Shown in pieces: positions 53,669-60,387 of a stretch of DNA of 60,387 nt; position 1 is the stretch's first letter; each line of letters starts with the position of its first letter. Source of the stretch: a virus (Duplodnaviria; Caudoviricetes); IMG/VR virus record IMGVR_UViG_3300025621_000007, positions 1-60,387 of that record. One strand, written 5' to 3'. The translations under genes and the position numbers were made by a program. A model generated the notes under the pieces. The model had not been told where the DNA came from, ran no database searches, and was given only the letters and a program-made list of their open reading frames with translations.

Positions 53669-56457
53669 ACTTCCCCCTAGAGTTAATAGGGTCAGAAGTA
53701 AACACCCAAGAGAATGTCCTGATCAATGATGACTTTGGGCCTAGCTCAGATTTGATCATAGGGACGTTTTTCCGTGCTAAAACTCGTAATGCAATAGAGC
53801 CAGGGGCAAACACTACCTGGATTAAAGGGACTGGCCAATGGGAAATCACCTCATCTGAATTGCAAAACCTTTCTTCAGTTAATGGTGTTGAGGGGGAATC
53901 TGGCGTAGCTATTGTTGTTGATACATCAACAGTCCCTGAAACTAACGAGTTAAACCTAAGCTTAACATACACTTTGGGAGATCCTAATGAGACTCTTTAT
54001 TTCCATTTATGGGGAGTAGTTAAGACAGCAGGGGAGCTTGTGGAAACGGGGAATGGCAATGAAGGCAATGATACACTTGCACATCTTGGTGAAAATACAG
54101 CCGTAAATACTAACGGGAAATTAACGGACTATAGTCCTCAGAATACCACGGGCTTACCCGATGTATTAGCTGTTTACGACTTATATACTGGTTCTCCTTC
54201 GATCCCCTATGCAGGGTGGGAGGCCCTTAACCCTACCTTTTCGGTTACTGGCGGTTCAGGCGAATATACCCGCATACTTAGCCTGGCTGATCATAGCATA
54301 AATAGTCTTGATCAATACGATTACCTCTTGTTTGGAATGACCCGTAATGTAGCTGGGGCAAGTTCGTCTGCAAGGATTTCTAATGTGGAGCTTACTTATT
54401 CTACCATTGCCCCTCCTCCTCCTCCTCCTTCTGGTGAGGAGAATCCTACTCTTTTCATACCTGAACAAACATTTTACGCTGGCGACCCCACACCCACATT
54501 GAACGACCAAGTTGAGATCAGTTTCATGGGCCAACGGAACGGTAATTACGCTTCAAATCCGGACGCGAGATACCTTTCCTATGAAGTCTCCGACACCTCC
54601 GAATTACCTGCTGGGTATCCTGAAGGCCCTGGTGGGTTCGGTGATAATTTCCAAAACACCGGCGGCGTAATGCACTTAAATAACTTACCTTTTACAACTG
54701 GCGTTATTAGAGGTTACCTTGGTCCAGATAGTCACTTAAATAGCCCTTACAACATTACGGTCATTGTAAGGTCGCGTAAATCTGGTGATGTAACTAGCAG
54801 TTATCTTGAAGGTTCTTACACGTTTGTTCTGAACGTTATCTCCAATGAGCTTTGGGAGATTGATTCTCCTGCTTCCCTCGGGTTTGCTGATTCATCGGGT
54901 TTAATAACAAGCGACAGCTTTGGCACACCGTCCGGAGCGCGGGATAATTGGACCACTTGGGATAAAACTAGAGGAGTGAACACAAGTGACGGAACTGCGT
55001 CTGGTTATGAAGACAGCAATACAGAAAAGTATCATTTTATGTCAGCAGACTCTCTCTGTATTGGGGTTCGTTGCGCTAGGTCCGAAACGGGAGCATATGA
55101 GTCTCAAAACTTCATCACCCAGAGGGCTCCGCTTGGCGATTTCACGTTTGGAATAGCTGTGTATCGTCGTCCCGATTTGGACTCTGCTTGGAGCTATGCG
55201 TTTCACACGACTGATCTCGTTAGTTCTAATGTAGTCTGCGCTCTAAGTGGTGACGGCAGCTATCTAGTTATATCACACCCCAATGATGTAATGGACGTCT
55301 ATTCTTGGAATGGGTCCAGTTATGTTCAGCATGGCAATTCTATATCCCTCAAGAACGGTTGGTCCGGGACGCAAGCCAATTTCAATTTGAATTTACGTAG
55401 CGTCTGTATCTCTGATGATGGCGGACTAATAGTGGCCGTCGACGCTAAACTGCCAGGTCGCGTAGGAACTTACAATCTTGTCGATGGAGTGTGGACGGAG
55501 GGACCTATTGTTTCTGCTACAGGTAATCGCTCTTTGAGTTCCATTAAATTCGCACAAAGAGATCGCATTGATGCTTCTAGTCCTTTTGGATGTAGAGTGT
55601 GCTTGCTTGACAACCCCTTAACAGAAGGGTGGTTGAGGGTGTATGATCTTATCCCTGACCCTGATGATCTTGAAGGCCCTGGAATCTGGGATCAACCTAC
55701 CTATGCTGGAGTAGTCAATCCCTCAGGTTTCCAATATAGGGCAAGTTCTGCTGCGGGTCGAATCTCCTCTTTCACCATGAGTGCAGATGGTGATACTCTA
55801 GCTTGGTCAGGTGTGACCTTTAGTGACGTTTTGGACAACGGGCTCTATTCCACGGGCAGGATTAAAAAGACGCTAGGGTCCGCTAGATACATCGATGGTG
55901 CATGGCTTTTTGATGCAGGGGGAAGCCAGGCGACCTCTTCCAGTGAGCATGCTTTCCCTGAGATTTATAACGGAGAAAGCACCTTCCTTAGTCAGAATCG
56001 AGGGACCATCACTTATGTGGCTGATACTTGGGAGAACTTAAATAAGAATGCGGGTCGCAATGATGTGATTTGCTTGAACTCTGATGGCACTAAGCTCGCT
56101 TTAATCGTTGAAGAAAGCTCATACCATTGGACGACTGCCCCAGGAGAAACTATTCCTGAAGGCGAGGAGAAGAGGCGTGATGTCATGCAGAGCGTCGAGT
56201 ATTTCTCGTTCGTGAACAACGAGTGGCTTCAATCACCAGCCATTTCCATTGCAAACGCTTATGAAATGAATGGGTTCGAATACGGGCGTCCTCTTCCGGA
56301 CAGCGATGCGACGCGAACTACAAGAGTCGTAAAACAGGACGAAGGATATATCCATGGCCTCTCCTTGTCCCCAATGGGGGATCGGATATACATATCTCAA
56401 GGGGGGCAGTCTTTTGAGATACCTGGGGCTAGATTAAGAGCTTTAAAGTTAGTCTAG
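53665..56457 (+). CDS. Large receptor-binding-like protein with C-terminal beta-propeller
   Basis: Poly-Pro linker; LSGDG, ISDDG, MSADG, LNSDG blades. Confidence 0.6.
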   Translation: MNFPLELIGSEVNTQENVLINDDFGPSSDLIIGTFFRAKTRNAIEPGANTTWIKGTGQWEITSSELQNLSSVNGVEGESGVAIVVDTSTVPETNELNLSLTYTLGDPNETLYFHLWGVVKTAGELVETGNGNEGNDTLAHLGENTAVNTNGKLTDYSPQNTTGLPDVLAVYDLYTGSPSIPYAGWEALNPTFSVTGGSGEYTRILSLADHSINSLDQYDYLLFGMTRNVAGASSSARISNVELTYSTIAPPPPPPSGEENPTLFIPEQTFYAGDPTPTLNDQVEISFMGQRNGNYASNPDARYLSYEVSDTSELPAGYPEGPGGFGDNFQNTGGVMHLNNLPFTTGVIRGYLGPDSHLNSPYNITVIVRSRKSGDVTSSYLEGSYTFVLNVISNELWEIDSPASLGFADSSGLITSDSFGTPSGARDNWTTWDKTRGVNTSDGTASGYEDSNTEKYHFMSADSLCIGVRCARSETGAYESQNFITQRAPLGDFTFGIAVYRRPDLDSAWSYAFHTTDLVSSNVVCALSGDGSYLVISHPNDVMDVYSWNGSSYVQHGNSISLKNGWSGTQANFNLNLRSVCISDDGGLIVAVDAKLPGRVGTYNLVDGVWTEGPIVSATGNRSLSSIKFAQRDRIDASSPFGCRVCLLDNPLTEGWLRVYDLIPDPDDLEGPGIWDQPTYAGVVNPSGFQYRASSAAGRISSFTMSADGDTLAWSGVTFSDVLDNGLYSTGRIKKTLGSARYIDGAWLFDAGGSQATSSSEHAFPEIYNGESTFLSQNRGTITYVADTWENLNKNAGRNDVICLNSDGTKLALIVEESSYHWTTAPGETIPEGEEKRRDVMQSVEYFSFVNNEWLQSPAISIANAYEMNGFEYGRPLPDSDATRTTRVVKQDEGYIHGLSLSPMGDRIYISQGGQSFEIPGARLRALKLV

Positions 56458-56667
56458 GAGCTTGCTTCGCCTGCAACGATCAAGCTCTTTCTTCCCACGA
56501 GCGTCCGCTTCTTTCTTCCAGTCTTTGAGGCTGGCGTTGAAGCGATGAAGCTCGTATTTCCTGATAAAGAACACAGTGGCAAACACTACTAGTATAATCC
56601 CTATTACTAGGGCACTCTTGAAGTAAACAGCAGCTATTATTCCGATTGTAAATAGGTAAGCGATCAT
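56449..56667 (-). CDS. Small membrane protein
   Basis: N-terminal hydrophobic hairpin. Confidence 0.6.
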   Translation of the reverse strand: MIAYLFTIGIIAAVYFKSALVIGIILVVFATVFFIRKYELHRFNASLKDWKKEADARGKKELDRCRRSKLLD

Positions 56668-56668
56668 A

Positions 56669-57064
56669 TTATCCCCAAGCTAAGATTTCCTCAATCATAT
56701 CCATACCAGCATCAGTGATGGATATACATATCGTCCTTCTATCTTGCATTCCTGTTGCGTGAACTCTGTTTATTAGACCTCTGCTCTTCAGCTTATCACA
56801 AGTCCCTGTAACAGCAGCAGTCGATGACTTTGAAATCTTGGCCAACTCTGAGCAAGTCATGTAGTTGGATGGCTGAGCTTTAATGTTTTCGCATGGGATA
56901 CCACGAGAACATCGAGCAATGTCATCAAGGGTGAGCAAGATCATCAGTTGGCGATGGTTTAGGTCATTAGCTAAGGCTCGCTCAGATTGATCTCTGAGTA
57001 ACTGCGAAGCTATGCTTAGGGGGCGTGTCGGTGTCGGTGTCGTCGTGTTCGTATTCGTATTCAT
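56669..57064 (-). CDS. MarR-family winged-helix regulator
   Basis: LNHRQLMILL, SELAK...STAAVT...DKL..RGLI.R......DRR...ISIT.AG. Confidence 0.85.
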   Translation of the reverse strand: MNTNTNTTTPTPTRPLSIASQLLRDQSERALANDLNHRQLMILLTLDDIARCSRGIPCENIKAQPSNYMTCSELAKISKSSTAAVTGTCDKLKSRGLINRVHATGMQDRRTICISITDAGMDMIEEILAWG

Positions 57065-57250
57065 ATAAGTTTTGTTGTGTCGTTGATGTGTGTGTAAGTA
57101 TGGGCGAGGGATGGGGCAGTGAGCACACCACCACCATGGTGAGAAGGAATCTATTACCGTTGGTTAAAGCTGAACAGGTCAGCGAAGCGTGAATTGAATT
57201 GGCGTATAATATTTTTTTTCCGTGTCTCACAAAAATTTCTCTTCTTATAC

Positions 57251-57454
57251 CTAAAATGGTGGGTCAAATTTCTTTCCTGAGGTGGTCGGCAAGACTTGTC
57301 CTTTGATTATTACCTCGGTAATGTCTTCGGCGTAGTTCATCGCTATCTCCTTGATAAGGACTTCATGACCCCCGATCTTTATCACTTGTTCAAGTGCGCG
57401 ACCGGGAGTCGGAAGTTCGATGGTTGGAGTCTTTTTTACTTTTACAGTTGCCAT
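57251..57454 (-). CDS. Hypothetical protein
   Basis: ORF in leftward operon. Confidence 0.55.
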   Translation of the reverse strand: MATVKVKKTPTIELPTPGRALEQVIKIGGHEVLIKEIAMNYAEDITEVIIKGQVLPTTSGKKFDPPF

Positions 57455-57464
57455 TTTTGCTAGT

Positions 57465-57480
57465 GTGACGTGCGTGTCAC
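57465..57480. promoter_or_regulatory. Operator copy 5 (reverse complement GTGACACGCACGTCAC)
   Basis: Intergenic, 10 nt before ATG 57454 on the minus strand. Confidence 0.65.
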
Positions 57481-57698
57481 TATTTCTTTTTAGTCTTCTT
57501 TTTTGCGGTGAGCTCAGTAACTTCTTCTGTTTCCAGGGAGACTCGAATGCTCACTTCGACAGTCTCTATATCGTTGAAGTCTGCTAGCTCACCGGTTGGC
57601 TTCAGGGAAAACTTGAAGTCTGCGTGTTCTGGTTTGGGATTTACTTCTCGAAGGCTCGGAAGGGCGGCTTTAACTACTTCGGCTGGTGTTGTGTTCAT
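57480..57698 (-). CDS. Hypothetical protein
   Basis: Coupled ORF. Confidence 0.6.
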   Translation of the reverse strand: MNTTPAEVVKAALPSLREVNPKPEHADFKFSLKPTGELADFNDIETVEVSIRVSLETEEVTELTAKKKTKKK

Positions 57699-58048
57699 AA
57701 ATTGAATGTGTGTGTTGATCGGTATCCGGAAGGGTTTTCAGCATCGATTTGTTGTGGCCCATCAAATTCCATTACTACGGATTCAAACACTGGGTTCTCA
57801 GTGTCTGCATATTTGAGCGATGTGACTGACTGGGCAAGAGCTTTGCATGAAAACGACCCACCTCCTCCACGAGTAGATACTTTGCGGGCATCTGAATCGA
57901 TTTCATTTGCGGATGTAATTGGAAGAAGAATGACATATCCGTTCCCATCAGTTTTCAGCGATACCTTTACGGGGACAGCGGATCTTTTTTTGATCGATGC
58001 AAACAAAGCTGCATTTAGATAGCAAACCCCATTGGGGTAAACGGTCAT
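57695..58048 (-). CDS. Hypothetical protein (start MTVYPNG)
   Basis: ATGA overlap with upstream small ORF. Confidence 0.6.
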   Translation of the reverse strand: MTVYPNGVCYLNAALFASIKKRSAVPVKVSLKTDGNGYVILLPITSANEIDSDARKVSTRGGGGSFSCKALAQSVTSLKYADTENPVFESVVMEFDGPQQIDAENPSGYRSTHTFNL

Positions 58049-58206
58049 TTGGTTTTTTTCTTTCGAGATACTTTGGAGCATTCTTTTTGGGGGTTATTGT
58101 TGTATATAATCTGCGCGGCGATTTCGCTCACGGCAGCAAGGGCTTGAAAGGCTCCTGCTATTGATCCCAGTAATTGGGCTATCCTTACTTTGTCTGTTGC
58201 ACTCAT
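58045..58206 (-). CDS. Small protein (53 aa, MSATDKVRIAQLLGSIAGAFQALAAV...)
   Basis: Read from sequence; follows promoter; stop overlaps next ATG. Confidence 0.5.
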   Translation of the reverse strand: MSATDKVRIAQLLGSIAGAFQALAAVSEIAAQIIYNNNPQKECSKVSRKKKTK

Positions 58207-58218
58207 GTTGATAATCCA

Positions 58219-58247
58219 TGATTACCATTTTGCTTGGCGCTTGTCAA
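58219..58247 (-). promoter_or_regulatory. Putative sigma70-like leftward promoter (TTGACA-17-TAATCA)
   Basis: Shares TGGTAAT with the promoter at 36-63. Confidence 0.55.
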
Positions 58248-58286
58248 AAGCTTTCTTCAACTTTCTTTCGAGGTTGCAGAATTCTC

Positions 58287-58363
58287 GAAAGTGATCCGCG
58301 CTATCATGTTCCATGTGGAACATTCCCTATTTCTGACAAAGTGATCCGCGCTATCACTGTCAC
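58287..58363 (+). repeat. Two direct copies of AAAGTGATCCGCGCTATCA (58288-58306, 58338-58356) flanking a parS-like site
   Basis: Direct reading; inverted copy at 266-292. Confidence 0.9.
58307..58322. promoter_or_regulatory. parS: parS-like centromere site TGTTCCATGTGGAACA
   Basis: One substitution from the canonical chromosomal parS variant TGTTCCACGTGGAACA. Confidence 0.65.
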
Positions 58364-58399
58364 GGCACCGCCGGGGCGAACCCCTTTGGTGACCCCCGC

Positions 58400-59158
58400 C
58401 TAATCCATTTTGTAACGATCAGCGTTTTCGTCAAACCACCGCTTGAAGATTTCTGAGCATTTCATTCCACGCCCGTATTTTTCAGATGGCTTGTGCTTTA
58501 TCCATCTTGAGCGACGGCTGGTCTCATGTTTGCCGTGACTACCTAAAGTCGAATCTTTGACATACGCCCATCCTGGTTTTTTCCTGACAACGCCCTCAAT
58601 CGAATGGTGGGGCATCAGTTGTTGGTAGTGGTGTGCCCATTCTGGAATGTCGAAGTAATCACACGGGTAGTGATGAACGAACTCGATCTTGTTCTTGCCA
58701 CATAAGCCCTCGACTAGCCCTCTGTCTGTGTGAAAGCGTGATTCTGTAAAGTCAGATTCTACAGTGTGAATCATTAACTTGTGATCGCCGTCGTCACGAG
58801 TCCCTAGCAGTTCACAATCTAGCACGGTCGTGTAAGAAGGGGCATCTTCGGAGATGCCGACTTGCGATAAGTATTCAAACTGCTCCCGTAGGGCATCTAA
58901 AAAAGGAAGAGATCTTCCAAACGCCTGTCCTTGCTTATTTAGGAATCTGACATTCCCATCACGGATGTGAACAAATAGTCGCCATCCATCAAACTTAGGC
59001 TGAATGATTGAAGGGATAAGGCTTGCTCCAGGTTCAGTCCCGCCATCTGGGAGGACTTTGTATTTGGGGCGTTTTGATCCACTCCATCCAATCCCGTCTA
59101 GGCTTTCGCCTTTTCCAACGATGATCGGTTTGATTCTTGATAATGTTAAATGTGCCAT
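58400..59158 (-). CDS. ATP-dependent ligase-family nucleotidyltransferase (adenylation domain only)
   Basis: QPKFDGWR (motif I), LDCEL (III), IEGVVRK (IV), WIKHK (V); only ~30 aa follow motif V. Confidence 0.75.
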   Translation of the reverse strand: MAHLTLSRIKPIIVGKGESLDGIGWSGSKRPKYKVLPDGGTEPGASLIPSIIQPKFDGWRLFVHIRDGNVRFLNKQGQAFGRSLPFLDALREQFEYLSQVGISEDAPSYTTVLDCELLGTRDDGDHKLMIHTVESDFTESRFHTDRGLVEGLCGKNKIEFVHHYPCDYFDIPEWAHHYQQLMPHHSIEGVVRKKPGWAYVKDSTLGSHGKHETSRRSRWIKHKPSEKYGRGMKCSEIFKRWFDENADRYKMD

Positions 59159-59180
59159 TGGTCTATTGGTAAAGTTAAGA

Positions 59181-59208
59181 AGGGCGGGGGAAAATGAAAA
59201 CCCCCGCC
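59181..59208 (-). terminator. GC-rich hairpin/weak terminator between early genes
   Basis: GGGCGGGG...CCCCGCCC, followed on the minus strand by TTCTT. Confidence 0.45.
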
Positions 59209-59219
59209 CCACTTGTTTT

Positions 59220-59816
59220 TCATCTGACCCGAACTGATGCTACAGCTGGGATCGCCTGATGAATGATTTCGTTTACCTCCTTACTCATGAGCTTGTGCCT
59301 CTCCTCATGGAATCCGGCGGAGGGGACAACTACTTGCTTGACGCTTACGGCTTCGGTAGCGCCATGTTTGTCGCATAGTTCTTTGAGCTCGTCAAGGAAG
59401 GGTGACAGCGCCTCCTCTGGGATTTTCCGAGAGTCGAGCTTGAGGATCATCTTCTCTTCAAAGTGATCGCCCAATTCAAGTTCTTCGATAAGGTCGGCAA
59501 CTTCCTCTGCCTCGACTTCACGGTATCTCGAGGTCATCGAGACCAGAACGGTGTTCCGCCCGGCAGGGATCTCAAAAGAACTTTCTGAGTCAGACTTACC
59601 TTCATTGTGTTCGAACCACGCCTCTGCGACCAGTTCTCCTAGTATGGTTTTGTTCTCGGCGATCCTTGCCCCAAGGTCTTTATGTTTGGGACTCATTTCG
59701 GCGATCTGGCTAGCCGCCTCTACGGCGTCTGAATCGACTACTTGCGGATGGTTTTTCTTACTTGCGGATGGGGCGCTTGTTGCGCCGAACGGATTCTTGG
59801 TTGTTTTTAGTTTCAT
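59220..59816 (-). CDS. Hypothetical early protein
   Basis: 198-aa ORF with A-rich leader. Confidence 0.7.
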   Translation of the reverse strand: MKLKTTKNPFGATSAPSASKKNHPQVVDSDAVEAASQIAEMSPKHKDLGARIAENKTILGELVAEAWFEHNEGKSDSESSFEIPAGRNTVLVSMTSRYREVEAEEVADLIEELELGDHFEEKMILKLDSRKIPEEALSPFLDELKELCDKHGATEAVSVKQVVVPSAGFHEERHKLMSKEVNEIIHQAIPAVASVRVR

Positions 59817-59817
59817 A

Positions 59818-60132
59818 TTATTTAGTGCCTTTTAGGCGATTTGTTGTTTTTGGTTTCGTGCGGGTATAGGTTATTTCAAAAGGAGTCTGCCCGTCTTCTC
59901 GACTCCCTACTTTTATTTCTAGATCGCACGAGTGCCAGCTTACTAGGTCTTTAACGTCTTTTCCGATTTGGTAAGTTTGCCCATTTGGCAAAACTTGTAT
60001 TTCGATAGACTGAGCCAAGACGCCTTTGCTTGCTACTAGTTCGATTGTTTCGATGCATTTCTTGAGGTCCTTGGATGCCTCCCACACATGGCGGGAGTCA
60101 TCTGGTAGGATGAATGATATTTTATTTCTCAT
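59818..60132 (-). CDS. Hypothetical early protein
   Basis: Coupled ORF. Confidence 0.6.
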   Translation of the reverse strand: MRNKISFILPDDSRHVWEASKDLKKCIETIELVASKGVLAQSIEIQVLPNGQTYQIGKDVKDLVSWHSCDLEIKVGSREDGQTPFEITYTRTKPKTTNRLKGTK

Positions 60133-60383
60133 TATGCCTTGGGTGAATATCTGACGTGGCGGACTAATTCGACCGCGACATCTTCAATTTTTTCTCTGAT
60201 GATTGCCTTCTCGAAGTATTTCTTGAGGTAATCCATATATCCTGAGTCGCCACAGTAGAGGGCAATGCAGGGGAGGTTGTGCTCTCTCCAGAACCGCCGA
60301 TCAATCGGCTTGTCTGTAAGGTGGGCATCTGTATATGCGATATACAAATCCGCCTCGGAGAGCTCTTGCTTATGTTCTTCCAT
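60132..60383 (-). CDS. Hypothetical early protein
   Basis: Coupled ORF. Confidence 0.6.
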   Translation of the reverse strand: MEEHKQELSEADLYIAYTDAHLTDKPIDRRFWREHNLPCIALYCGDSGYMDYLKKYFEKAIIREKIEDVAVELVRHVRYSPKA

Positions 60384-60387
60384 TGCG

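Larger units (their letters stand above)
1..60387. mobile_element. Tailed dsDNA bacteriophage genome (siphovirus-like, lambda-type packaging), probably complete or near complete
   Basis: Packaging, head, tail, replication, lysis and fibre modules are all present; no host housekeeping genes; no sheath gene recognised. Confidence 0.95.

Noticed and set aside
42079-56457. Diversity-generating retroelement acting on fibre genes
   Set aside because: No reverse transcriptase and no TR/VR pair with adenine-specific differences seen
1-60387. Integrated prophage, tRNA genes or stop-codon recoding
   Set aside because: No integrase, att-flanked host genes or cloverleaf seen; genes are intact in the standard code with all three stops used

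Overview
The window looks like a complete or near-complete ~60.4 kb genome of a tailed dsDNA phage with a long non-contractile tail and lambda-like packaging. It carries TerS, GpA-type TerL, a gpW-like protein, a lambda-family portal, a prohead protease-scaffold, a DUF2190-like decoration protein, a gpE-like capsid, two small tail-tube paralogues, a 1771-aa tape measure protein, a recombination/replication operon (RecT-like SSAP, PD-(D/E)XK nuclease, DUF669 SSB, SF2 helicase, RusA, primase-RepA helicase), a holin/spanin/amidase lysis cassette, a 14-kb collagen-fibre/beta-propeller receptor-binding block and a leftward early region. I found no integrase, DNA polymerase, tRNA or CRISPR array. 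The spanins point to a diderm host. The most unusual element is a family of very basic, glycine-zipper-rich proteins around the portal and protease genes. They share a short motif, (L)xxRIxx[LIV]xE[FL], which also punctuates a 689-aa polyprotein (HNH + two HExxH metallopeptidase domains). I interpret this as a candidate capsid-targeting/protease-processing system for packaged effectors. Other notable signals are an RGTTGACA element with no -10 box before most late modules, a five-copy palindromic operator GTGAC-N6-GTCAC, a parS-like site flanked by direct repeats that recur inverted at the other end of the window, a structured leader RNA with an antisense terminator, and a basic-peptide/PP-loop/ParB module. 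Functional calls come from motif recognition by eye; no database searches were run.
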